The translations under genes and the position numbers were made by a program. From the human T2T-CHM13v2.0 reference genome, Homo sapiens, in assembly GCF_009914755.1 (NCBI RefSeq), contig NC_060938.1: a stretch of DNA of 64,000 nt; one strand, written 5' to 3'. The notes below the pieces were generated by a model. It saw nothing but the letters and a program-made list of their open reading frames with translations. It was not told the origin of the DNA and searched no databases. Positions 1 through 11,990 of the stretch are shown piece after piece. Position 1 is the stretch's first letter. Each line of letters begins with the position of its first letter.

Positions 1-325
1 CCCTAGCAGTTCATATCTATGTGGGTACGCCCATTTTGGAGAGCAATTTGGCAATAGCTAATAAAATGAGAAAAGCATATACCGCACGCATCAGCACTTC
101 TACTTTTAGGAAATTCCTATTCATTGCAGCAGTATTCATGTACCAGAATCATACTGCAGCACTGTTTAAAATTGTTAAAAATTGGAAATACCCTAAATGT
201 CCATCAACCAGGGACTGAATAGGTAAATTGAGCTGTATCACACAATGTAATATTATCAAGCTGTTAAAGCTGTTAAAATAAATGCACTAGAGCTTTTTGA
301 GTCAACATGGGTTGATTTCAAAAAC
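1..325 (+). mobile_element. Old L1 (L1M/L1ME-type) 3' region fragment
   Basis: Motifs ccattttggagagcaatttggcaata, gcagcactgttt...aaaaattggaaataccctaaatgtccatcaac are typical of L1M 3' ends. Confidence 0.75.
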
Positions 326-328
326 CGC

Positions 329-680
329 TCAGTCCAAATTCCTTTTCCAAAACCTTTGGTGGCCAGATGTGTTTCAGAATTCAACGTTTTAAAAATACTT
401 CAGAGAGGCATATATTTATATTTTGGTAACACCCCCTCAGAAGCTGGGCCAGCAGTATAAAACCAAACATACTAATATTTCCTCTGAAAAAAAAATAGAG
501 ATTCACCTAAGTAGAATAAATCATGGCCAAGGATAGCCTCACATGAATTCAGGGCATGTTTTGCCACCTAATGAGTTCAGGTTAGGTTAAACTTTGTTGC
601 CAAATACATTATGGAAAAAAAAATTTGGTTGGTTTTCAGACCTTTTGCATGTCGAAATTTTAGCAAAAAGATTAAAATGC
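329..680. mobile_element. Tigger4/MER46-type non-autonomous DNA transposon
   Basis: ggccagatgtgtttcagaattc ... ttttcagacctttt resembles recalled MER46C consensus; interrupts the L1 remnant. Confidence 0.55.
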
Positions 681-939
681 CCAGGGTACTATAACACACA
701 CATGTACATATATAATACACATTTTAAAACACTATCAACAGCGCAATATGTTTTATGGCAACATGCATATTTAGGCATTTATAAAAACCACTCATGGGAC
801 TGATTATTGCCAAGTTGAGTTGAGAGTTTACTTCTGAGGAGTGAAAGAAATGGTATCAATGAAGGGGACCGGGAGACTTCAATTGTATTTGAAATATTTT
901 GCTGTTGTTGTGTAAATAAGGAGAAGGTGGGGTAGATCT

Positions 940-1250
940 TTTTACAAACTATGCTACTTAAGAAACAAGAATTTAACCAGATGGAAAAAGTGGGAAAGGA
1001 TATTCCAGACAGAGAAAAAAGTCTACAAAAGTCTCTGAAGTCCACAAAAGGATGACAGACAAGACTACAGATGGCTCCGTGGGTGGAAAATAGGCTTCTC
1101 ATTGGGTGAGGGGAGATGGTGGGAGACGAGGCTTGAGCTGATAAAGAAGTTAGCAGTACATCCTGTAGGTGGTGGGGAGCCAGGAATGGCATAATCAAAT
1201 TTGTGTTCTAACAACCCTGCTGGTGGCCTCATAGTGGATGGATTGTACAG
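940..1250 (-). mobile_element. L2 fragment
   Basis: Purine-rich aagaatttaaccagatggaaaaagtgggaaaggatattccagacagag pattern of antisense L2. Confidence 0.55.
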
Positions 1251-1674
1251 ATACAGATTAGAGACAGCTACTGCTACGCACCTGTGTGTGGCAAACTCTT
1301 TTTATTTACATCATCCTTTTTAGATCTCCCCAGGTCAAGAAGATCAGTATTTATTTCTCCAGTTTGAGAAGAGAAAAACTGAAGCTCAAAGGCCTCATAA
1401 TTTGTTCAGAGTTGTCCAGAGGAAGCAAGCAAATTGAGATATTCTGAATTGCTCCATTGAATGTTCTGCCTTCTCTCCCAACAAATGCCATCCAACAGGA
1501 TGGCAAAGAAGGACCTTGGAATGCCTCTGAGATACGTTCCTGATATTGAGAAAAGATGGTTTGTTTTTTTCCCAAAAATGTGACCCCAAAGATTGCATTG
1601 TTGAAAAGTTTGGATAGGAAACTTGTGAAATATGCAAGCTCTTTTTACAGAGCTCTCCCAGGTGGTAAGATCTT

Positions 1675-2019
<345 letters not shown>

Positions 2020-3818
2020 TTAGGCAAAGGGAAAAGCCAAGCTCAGAGGGAGGAAGGAATGACCCTCAGAGGTCACAGAAAGGAAGAGGCCAAGTTGTAT
2101 TTTACTTTACTCCCAAGTACAGGATTCCTTGCCAATCTTCTTCCATTGTGAATAGAAGGAGGCTTTTAGGTAAAGAAAAAAGGTTGATGAAACATAAACT
2201 TTTATTAGATAAAAAAAAATGACATCAGAGGAAGCTGCAGAAAAAGTTATTAAGAAGAGCAGAAAGGACCCCTTACTTCAGTTAATAAATTTTAAAATCA
2301 GGAGTTCATAAAAGAGATTATATGTGTGCATGAGGACAAACAGCTCTCTGAGTGTGAGTAGGGCAGATTCAAACCCAGCAGAAGCCTGATATGTATTCTT
2401 CTGAGACTTCTTGTAAACAAAAATAAGTTGGAAAATATATCACCATTTAAGGATTGAAAGTATCTGAGTGAGGTATAGATTATACATCTTGAGGATAAAG
2501 TATATGCTTTTTATAATCACTTAAATTGAATGTATTTACATCAATCATGAGCAATTGACAAATTATGAAGTTTTAATCATAGCTGAAATTTCTCTCTTTA
2601 AGAGTTGGGGAATTGTGAGTTTAATTAAAGTCCAAATGATCAGTTTGGTGCATCATATTGAAAATGTCCTACATGTCATTTAGTATTCCTAACAAGCCAT
2701 ATTTCATCAACTTGCAGACTTAGCAATGTACCCTTGAAACTATACATGGAAGTAAACTTTGTGCAGAAAAGGGATGTCTATCAATATCTGTCGCTTATTT
2801 TAGGTGAGACACTATGAAATCTAATGGGAAAGAAATTCTTGTCTTTCATTTATTCTTCAGCTCTCTGGGACCTAACTTGCATCTGCCATATTGGAAGGAA
2901 CAAGAGAGGAACAATATTCGCAGCCCACAAAGCACTTGTAGTTCATGAGGGATATGCTAGTATACAAGGAAAGCACAGTCCAAGAAGCGTTTGATGTCAT
3001 AGGATGGGCACATAAAATGCTTAAGGTACTTGTTGAGTACCTTGTTACTAAGTGCCAATTATCAGCCCCAGGCCAGCATCACTTTCTTATTGTTCTTCTC
3101 TTCCTGAAGTGAGCCTCCACTGCCCAGCCTTTGTAGTTCTTGCCTCCCAAGGTTGGCTGCAGTACTGGGCAAAGCCATTCATTTCCCCTCACCTTTGTTG
3201 TCTTTAAAGAGAGCCTTGTATGCTCTTTCACTCACTTTGAAGGCAGTAACAGTGAACAAAAATGGCAAATAGGAGGATGCCACAAAATGATCCCAAATTT
3301 CCCTTACCACAAAAGCAAATCTTCAGAAAAAATATTGTTCTCCTTTCTTGAGTTACCTATGTTTCTCACAGAATGTTACGGAGCCTCGTATTCTTACATT
3401 CATGAATCTCAAAAAGACCAACAATCTTGTTCATTTAAAGACCTGAAAAAATAACTGGAGTCACACATCCCTACATCCCCAATAATGAAGAGATATTAAG
3501 CCTTTCCTCTGGAGAGTATTATAAATAATATTCTTTTATTTATTCAGTTGTACAAAAACATGTTCAAACCATGAAGTTTTAATATCTGCATCGAGCAAAG
3601 GTTATTGAGATGGCATAATGTCGAGTTTATATATGAAACCAGCACTCTTCTGTGTGTACTCTAGTCCTTAGCAGCCAAGATCTAAATAACTCTCTCCTGT
3701 CTTCCACCATGCTTAATGTTTCTTTTTTTTTTTAACTCTCATTTGGTTATCTTTTTTTGAATTGCTAATATATTGGTTTGCTCACTTTAGAAAAAGTGTT
3801 GCTTAAAAATCCAGGATG

Positions 3819-4173
<355 letters not shown>

Positions 4174-4796
4174 CTATAGATGATGTTATGGATTTCTTTG
4201 CATGATTTTCATACCATTGCATTTTGAAATTTTATGAAACCATCTGCTAAAAACAACTGGGTTTAAAGACTCCATCTCTTTTGAAATTGTTCACACAACA
4301 GCTTAAATAAGGAGGGGAGAAAGAATGTGGGAAGTTGAATTTGAAGACTCCCTCTTTTAACTGTTCTTTTCTTCTAACCCAGTGTTTATACTATGGATAA
4401 GAGAAAAATCTCAAGACACCCAGGTGTGGTTTGGAAACAGTTCCTAGACTTCTTATTTTTTGCAAATTCATTTTAAATATTTGCATGGGACTGTGTCTAC
4501 TTATTCCCCAGTGCACTGCGGAAGGGAGCTCTAAGATTGGGGAGGGAAATGGGGACAAAGTGAGTATAGAGGAGTGAGGTTTGGGGGAAACCGGGGAGGT
4601 TAAGACAAGATGCATCCAACAACTTATGCAGCTGGCTGCTCCTAGAAAAGGACAGGTAATGTTAGTGCTCCGCAAGTCCTGGCTTGCTGGGCCTTGAGTT
4701 TTTCATTGGCAGAGCTAAGTCTTAGACCTCAATGATAAGCCATAGGGTTGGAGAACAAAACCCCATATATACATAGTCACATTCTTCAGCTAAAAG

Positions 4797-4851
4797 AATG
4801 GATGGATGGATGGATGGATGGATGGATGGATGGATGGATGGATGGACAGGC

Positions 4852-4903
<52 letters not shown>

Positions 4904-4925
4904 GATAGATCAATAGATAAGTAGA
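4797..4925. repeat. Compound tetranucleotide microsatellite (GGAT)n-(GATA)n
   Basis: Directly visible; flanked by a 27-bp direct repeat (see findings). Confidence 0.97.
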
Positions 4926-5074
4926 TAGGTGTCTACTTATACATAGTCACATTCTTCAGCTAAATTAGGAGAGATAATGGGATTTTTCCAGAACCGTGGC
5001 TATCTTGAATCTCATGTTTCTGGGTCTCACATGTCTCACCATTGGGCCAGCAAGTGAGAATCAGCAAACCCTGA

Positions 5075-5561
5075 CATGGGGGGAAAAACGGCCCCTCCTC
5101 AAGGTCATCTCTGTCCTAATTCTCAGAATCTGTGGATACATTACCTTACATAGCAAAAGAGATTTTGCTGATATGATTAAATACATTGAGATGGGAAGAT
5201 GATTCAGGATTAGCCAAGTGGGCTCAGTATAATGACAATGGCTCCTATAAGAGGGAGGCAGAAAGGTGAGAGAAAAGTAAGAGACGTGATGATGGAAGCC
5301 AAGGGTGGGAAGGTGACTTGAAGGTAAAAGCAGATCACAGTAATCCCATTGCTGGGAGCAGCCAGAAGTCAAGGTGCATGGTGACTTCCCAAAGCTGGAA
5401 AAGACAGGGAGCATATTTCTCCCAGAGTCTCCAGGAGGAACACAGCACTGACACCTGGATTTCACGACTTCAGACCCCAGAACTATAAGATCATAAATTG
5501 GCGTTGTTCCATGCCTCCAAGTGTATAGTGATTTGCTGGTGCAGCAGCATGAAACTCATAC
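5075..5561 (+). mobile_element. MLT1D/E-type MaLR solo LTR
   Basis: ttaccttacatagcaaaagagattttgctgat...gattaa; ends gcagcagcatgaaactcataca. Confidence 0.85.
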
Positions 5562-5740
5562 ACCCCCTCTCAAAGTTTTCATTTTGAAGGACTCTTTCTT
5601 CAGACGTGAGGTCAGAAACATTTCAATGAATGTAAAGATTTGACCTTATTTATTTTTCATTTTTTGAAATTTTAGTCTCCCTTTTCCTGAAATTGGTTCT
5701 TTTTCAAGTGGCATGTTGAAATAACTGTGCACTTCCACAC

Positions 5741-6714
5741 TGTGATGGTTAATTGTAGGCGTCATGTTGACTAGATGAAGAAATACTCAGATAGCCAATA
5801 AAGCATTATGTTGGGGTATGACTGCGAGGGTGTTTCTAGAGGAGATTGGCATTCGAATCAGTGGGCTGAGTGAAGAAGATCTTCCCTCAAAGTGGGTGGG
5901 CACCATCCAATCAGCTGGGGACCAGAATAAAACAAAAAAGCAGAGGAAAAGTGAATTCTCTTTCTCTCCTGGAGCTGAGACACCCTTCTTCTCTTGGACA
6001 ATAAAACCCCAAGTTTTCTGGCCTTTGGACTCTGGGACCTATATCATTGTATCATTGGTTCCTTAGTATAATAGACCCCTCTGTATCATTGACCTCTTAG
6101 TTTCTCTGACCTTTGGCCTCCCACTGAGAGTTACATCATCAGCTTCCCTGGCTCTGGGGCCTTCAGACTTGAACTGAACCACACTACTGGCTTCTCTATT
6201 TCTCTAGCTTGCAGAAGGCCTGTATTGGGAATTTTCAGCCTCCATAATTACATGAGCCAATTCCTCTAATAAATCCCCTCTTATCTATCTATCTATCTAT
6301 CTTCCACCTGCCTATTTATTTATTGATCAATCTATCGATCTCTCTGCCTGCCTATCTATTGATCTATCTATCAATCTATCTTCCACCTGCCTATCTATCA
6401 GTCACCTGCCTTTCTATCCATCTATCTACTTATCTGTTGATCTATCTATGGATCTACCTATCTGCCACCTGCCTGCCTATCTATCTATCTGTCTATCTAT
6501 CTATCTATCCATCTGACACCTGCATTTCTTTCCACCTGTCTACTTACCTATTGATCTATCAATCAATCTATCTATCTATCTATCATCTATCTGCCTGTCC
6601 ATTCATCCATCAATCAATCCATCCATCCACCCACCCATCCATCCATCCATCCATCCATCCATCCATCCATCCATCATATTGGTTCTATCTCTGTAGGGAA
6701 ACTTGACAAAGACA
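5741..6714 (+). mobile_element. MLT2B-type ERVL solo LTR with expanded internal microsatellite
   Basis: Starts tgtgatggttaatt; aataaatcccctc followed by TCTA tract; ends ttggttctatctctgtagggaaacttgacaaagaca. Confidence 0.88.
6282..6675. repeat. Complex (TCTA)n/(CCTG)/(TCCA)n microsatellite inside MLT2
   Basis: Directly visible. Confidence 0.95.
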
Positions 6715-8409
6715 CGCAGTAACAATCTGCAGGCCAATGTCACAGGCCAGCATAAGCCCTTACACCTCTGTAAGACCTGGATTAAGATAATCAACTGGAT
6801 TATCAAAATAACTAATAACTAGAAAAGGGCCCTAAAAATCCTTCATGCTAACCTTTAATATCATCTTGCCTTTTCTGTTCTTAACATGATCCTGCTCTCC
6901 TAGTCATCAGAACACACTTGCAAAGTCTGGGCAGCAGGAGTACTTGCCTACTGCTCCACCCCGACCCCACACCATAAGCGACAATGTGGGCAGCATGTGA
7001 GGGGAAAAGGAGAGAAATCATCCATTTTGGCTTCTTGCTTAACTATCGGCATCTTGGCTCAAAGCCAATGCATTCAGCTTATAATAATAACTGGCAGCAA
7101 TCCAGAGCCTTTTAGAAAATAAGAAAGGCAGAAAGTGAATTAAGAAAGGAGAAGAAGAAAAAAAAGAAACCCAAATAGAAAGAAGAGACCCACGAAAAGG
7201 AGGCCAACAAAATCATATTGTTGATTTTTCTTTAAAAAAGAGAAAAGAAAAAACCCACACATAGAACATATTTTCTACAACCATCTGTTTTAATCATACT
7301 CCATGGCCTGTAATTAAATTTTAGTGAACATCTTACCTTTCCTGCTTTCTAAAATCAGAATGTAAACATATTCAGATTTATCCTGGGTGTCATGAAAATG
7401 AAACAACAAAGCAAAAAACCCTCTGAAATGATTTGGGGCATGAGCTTTGTTGGTGCGACTATAGAGAGGGTCCTATGTCCAACTTGGTCTCACCAAACTC
7501 AGAAAATCTGCCACACTGATGTGAGATCAGAGAGGCCGTGGGGTGAGAGAAATGACCTGAGTGGCGACCAGGGCCATGGGGCTGGGAGGAATCACATATG
7601 CATCAGCTAAGCATCTCTCTCCGCCAGGCACTGAGCTAGGCCCGTGGGAGGCACAGAGTCAAACACCCCTTGCAAGTGCTGCAGGAAGCAGGGATTGCCA
7701 TCCCCATTTTTCATTTGAGGACAGGGAGGGTTCAAAGGGAAAATGAGTTTTCGATGTCACAGATTCAGCAGACAATGCAGCCGGCAATCACATCCTGCAG
7801 AATAAAGCTCTACTCTCACCTAATCTTCAAGTTGACACTCTCAGCATCTTTCAGCCTCACTTGGGTTTTCAGGCTGTTCAGGAAAAATCTTCCTGGGCAA
7901 TCGAGAAATGGTGCACGGAGTGGCTCTGCTGTGTTGAGTGGAATCAGAAGCCTGCAAACTCAAAATCCCCATGATTTACAGTGTTGAATGCAAATAAACC
8001 ATCCACCACCCCTTTCCCTTGAGACCCTAAAAACGGGCAATGATCCTATAGTATATAAGTCTGACTATAAGCAGCAAGGTGCATTCTGGAAATGAAGATA
8101 AATATGCAAGGGTGGGGGAGAAAAGGAAGGCAAAATAGTGCATTTGGAAGCTATTTGTAATAGCAGCAAAATTTATAGCAAAGGCCAACAGGATCCTGCT
8201 CAAGGATTGGTAATTTCCATTTACGTAAAAAGTATCAAAATACCAAGCATTTTCTATTCCCATGCGAAATGACCTCTGGACTTCTAACCTCATAGATCTT
8301 TTTAGCTGGATTAGAGGTATGTAGCTCAGGAGGTGAATTACTCTTTGCAGTGAAAGTTTGCAAACTTTATTTCAGTCCTGAGAAAAGGAGATCATAAGAA
8401 AATATGGTT

Positions 8410-8773
<364 letters not shown>

Positions 8774-9069
8774 TCAGGGCTTAAGTTTTAGTCCAACTCC
8801 CTGCAAATTCCTGGGATGCATTTGGGAAAGTTGCTTCTGCTTTCTAGGCCACAGGCTCCTCTTCTGTTGATGGCTCCTGGAAGGCTGAATGCACACTGGG
8901 ACACATGCTGCCCACAGAAATGGAAGGGGTGAGAAACTCATTCCTCAGTGTGCCTTTCCACATGCAAGACAGGTGCCCATGTTAAAAATGAGAACTGCCC
9001 ATCCAGAGCCTAGGGCTTTGAGATGCAGAGGACCTAGATGAGCATGACTTTGTGGAGTGCTGGCTTCGA

Positions 9070-9260
9070 GAGCACTACTTAGCACACATCAGTTGCAGAT
9101 TGATTCTCACAACCTCCCTGAGAGATAATTACCAATCATTTTTTAAATGTGAAGACTGAGGCCCAAAGGGGTTAGATGACCTGTCCAATTTCAAAGAGAT
9201 GTTATGTGACAGAGCTAAAATTTGAAACCCAGAACAGGACTGTCGGGGTCCAGGGTTTTA
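9070..9260 (-). mobile_element. MIR fragment
   Basis: gattctcacaac...gaagactgaggcccaaaggggttagatgacctgtcc antisense MIR core. Confidence 0.65.
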
Positions 9261-9333
9261 ATTTTAAACTTTGCCTCAAATTGGAAAATAGGGTTTTCTC
9301 CACCCTAAGTGATAAATATAAAAACTAAAGCAT

Positions 9334-9650
9334 GGTCGAGCTGGTGGCTCAAGCCTGTAATCCCAGCACTTTGAGAGAACAAGGAGGGACAATTGCTCGA
9401 GCCCACGAGTTTGAGACTAGCCTGGGCAACATAGCAAGACCCCCATCTCTATAAAAAATAAAATATTAGCCAGGTGAGGTGGCACACACCTGTAGTCCCA
9501 GCTGCAGAACCTCAGGGGCTAAGGTGGGAGGATTGCTTGAGTGTGGGAGGTTGAGGCTCCGGTGAGCAGTGATTGCACCACTGCACTCCAGCCTGTGGGG
9601 CAGGGCAAGACCCTGTCACAAAAACAAAACCAACAACAACAACAACAAAA
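9334..9650 (+). mobile_element. AluJ with (CAA)n tail
   Basis: J diagnostics (gggcaacatagcaagacccc, ggaggattgcttgag); TSD aaaaactaaagcat/aaaaaccaaagtat. Confidence 0.9.
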
Positions 9651-9869
9651 ACCAAAGTATATCAAGGTGTAGCCAGCTTCAAAGAGGGAAGGAAGTACTT
9701 GCTATCCCACCCACTCAGGTAAAGGACACAGGCCCTGCAGGGGGTCAAGCTCCCATCCGGCCACCAGCTCCCAGTGTGTCTGAAGTGTGAGTTCAGAGGA
9801 AGCCTCTGCCTTCTTAGGGTCAGCTTTTTTGCTCTGCTGAGTGGAGCACTTGAAACAGAGGTCCTGGAA

Positions 9870-10042
9870 AGCCTTGGAACTCAAAGCGTGCGGCTCCCAG
9901 AAGCCACAGCATCAGCCTCAGCTGGGAGTGTGAAAACTGCAGAATCCCAGGTCCCAGCCAGACCTGCTGCAGCAGAATCTGCATTTTCACAACATCCCTG
10001 GGTAACTCATGTACCTATTAAAGCTTGAGAAGCTCTGTGCTA
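9870..10042. mobile_element. MER5A (hAT-Charlie MITE)
   Basis: cagcatcagc...cagacctgctgcagcagaatctgcatttt...aaagcttgagaagctctg. Confidence 0.75.
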
Positions 10043-10332
10043 AAGGTCCTTCCACTTTTCATGTCCCAAGCCTTGGTTTTACATCTCCGGAGCCAACAGA
10101 GGGAAGTCTTGGGTGCCAACAGGAAGGAAAAAGGGTGGAAAAGGAGGTTGCAGGAAAAAGGAAGAGGGAACATCTGAGAAATAGTAAAGAGAGAGACAAA
10201 TAGGGGAGTGAGGGAGAAATAAAAGAAGTTGGAAAGGCAGAGAAAGAATGCCAAGCAAAAGGGGAGGGGAGGGGAGGGAAAAGGAGAGAGCAAGAGAGAA
10301 AGGCAGAAAAACAGGAAGAAAAAAGAAAGACC

Positions 10333-10617
10333 GGCCAGGCATGGTGGCTCAGGCCTGTAATTCCAGCACTTTGGGAGGCCAAGGCCGGCAGATCACCTGA
10401 GCTCAGGAGACCAGCCTAGACAACATGACGAAATCCTGTCTCTACCAAAAATGCAACAAGTTAGCCAGTCATGGTGGTGTGTGCCTGTGGTCTCAGCTAC
10501 TTGGGAGGCTGAGGTGGGAGGATCACTTGAGCCTGGGAGACAGAGGTTACGGTAAGCCAAGATCATACCACTGCAATCTAGCCTGGGTGATAGAGTGAGA
10601 CCCCCCTCCAAAAAAAA
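10333..10617 (+). mobile_element. AluJ-like, embedded in GA-rich low-complexity DNA (approx. 10120-10770)
   Basis: Alu dimer with gaggtgggaggatcacttgagcc; flanked by (GGAA)n/(GGCAA)n runs. Confidence 0.9.
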
Positions 10618-11627
10618 GAAGAAGAGGAAGGAAGGAAGGATGGAAGGAAGGAAAGCAGGCAGGAAGGTAAGGCAAGGCAAGGCAAGGCAAAAGAAAGAAA
10701 AAGAGAGAAAGGAAAAAAAAGAGAAAAACCAAGAGAAAAGAGAAGGGAGATAATAAAGAAGAAAGAGAGGCACCCAGGGACTCAGTCAGCTGACGGCTGG
10801 AGGAAAAGCAGGTCAGAGAGGTGCCAGAGGATGTCTGGGGCCACGGACAAGGGAAGGCAGCTCCCCAGCCTGTGCTCTGGCGTCCAGGATGGCGACTTCT
10901 GTGATCCTTCCAAACAGCTCATTTCTGTTCCAGTTTACTCACTCAGTTGGGTTCTATTGTTAATGAAAAAAATGACCATTGTCCAATCTTTCCACATGCA
11001 CGCACCCTCTTCTTGGATGTACCCAGTTATAAATTAGCCATTTTCATGATTAATTTTTCCTGGATGACTCATTCTTCAGGAACTCAGCATCAGCCTAGGC
11101 TGTGGGAGTTCGATTTCTGTGGTCATCTGCTCTCCAGCATTCTGATGTGAGTTAACCCTTAAGAAATAATGACAGCAGCCTTGATGGGGATCAATGATGC
11201 CTCCGTGCCCACAAATCACATTGCAGAGCTCCTGTTAGTTTTTGAAGCCTCACCGGATTCCTGGCTCATGGTTGTAAAGCAGATGGAGGGGTAGGGGGAG
11301 CTTTGATGATAATTTTATCTCTTTCTCTTCTTGGTTTCAGAGGCCAGGTATGCAGGTGAGGAAATGTCCCACATTAAACCTTCTTGACATCACCTTGAAA
11401 AGGCTAGCAGACTTTTTGCTTATTTATTCTTGAGACAGGTTATTTAATTTTCCTTTTGATGTTCAAACCCTGGAATGGCATTAGGACAAAGGAGAAAGAT
11501 AGACCTCTGGTCAGTTCTCCTCACTGCTCACAGCCATGAATGGGGGCAGATTTTTGATCCATCATTTACTCAGTTATCTAATAGGAAGAGGGATACTCAT
11601 CAATGGTCTTGTTGTAAGAATGAGGGA

Positions 11628-11990
11628 TGTATTAGTCCATTTTCATGCTTCTGGTAAAGACATACCCGAAACTGGAAAATTTACAAAAGAAAGAGGTTCA
11701 GTGGACTTACAGTTCCACGTGACCGGGGAGGCCTCAAAATCACGGCAGAAGGCAAGGAGTAGGAAGTCATGTCTTACATGGATGGCAACAGGCAAAAAAT
11801 TGGTACAGGGAAATTCCCATTTTTAAAACCATCCAATCTCATTAGAGATTCACTATCATGAGAGCAGCGCAGGAAAGGCTCGCCCCCATAATTCAATTAC
11901 CTCCCACCGGGTTCCTCCCATGACACAGGGGAATTGCAGGAGTTAAAATTGAAGATGAGATTTGGGTGGAGACACAGCCAAACCATATCA
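11628..11990 (-). mobile_element. THE1A/B MaLR solo LTR
   Basis: tgtattagtccattttcatgct...gagatttgggtggagacacagccaaaccatatca; inserted in a MIR remnant. Confidence 0.93.

Noticed and set aside
10261-10278. G-quadruplex motif GGGGAGGGGAGGGGAGGG (also ~23654-23677)
   Set aside because: Part of generic GA-rich low-complexity sequence with no functional context.
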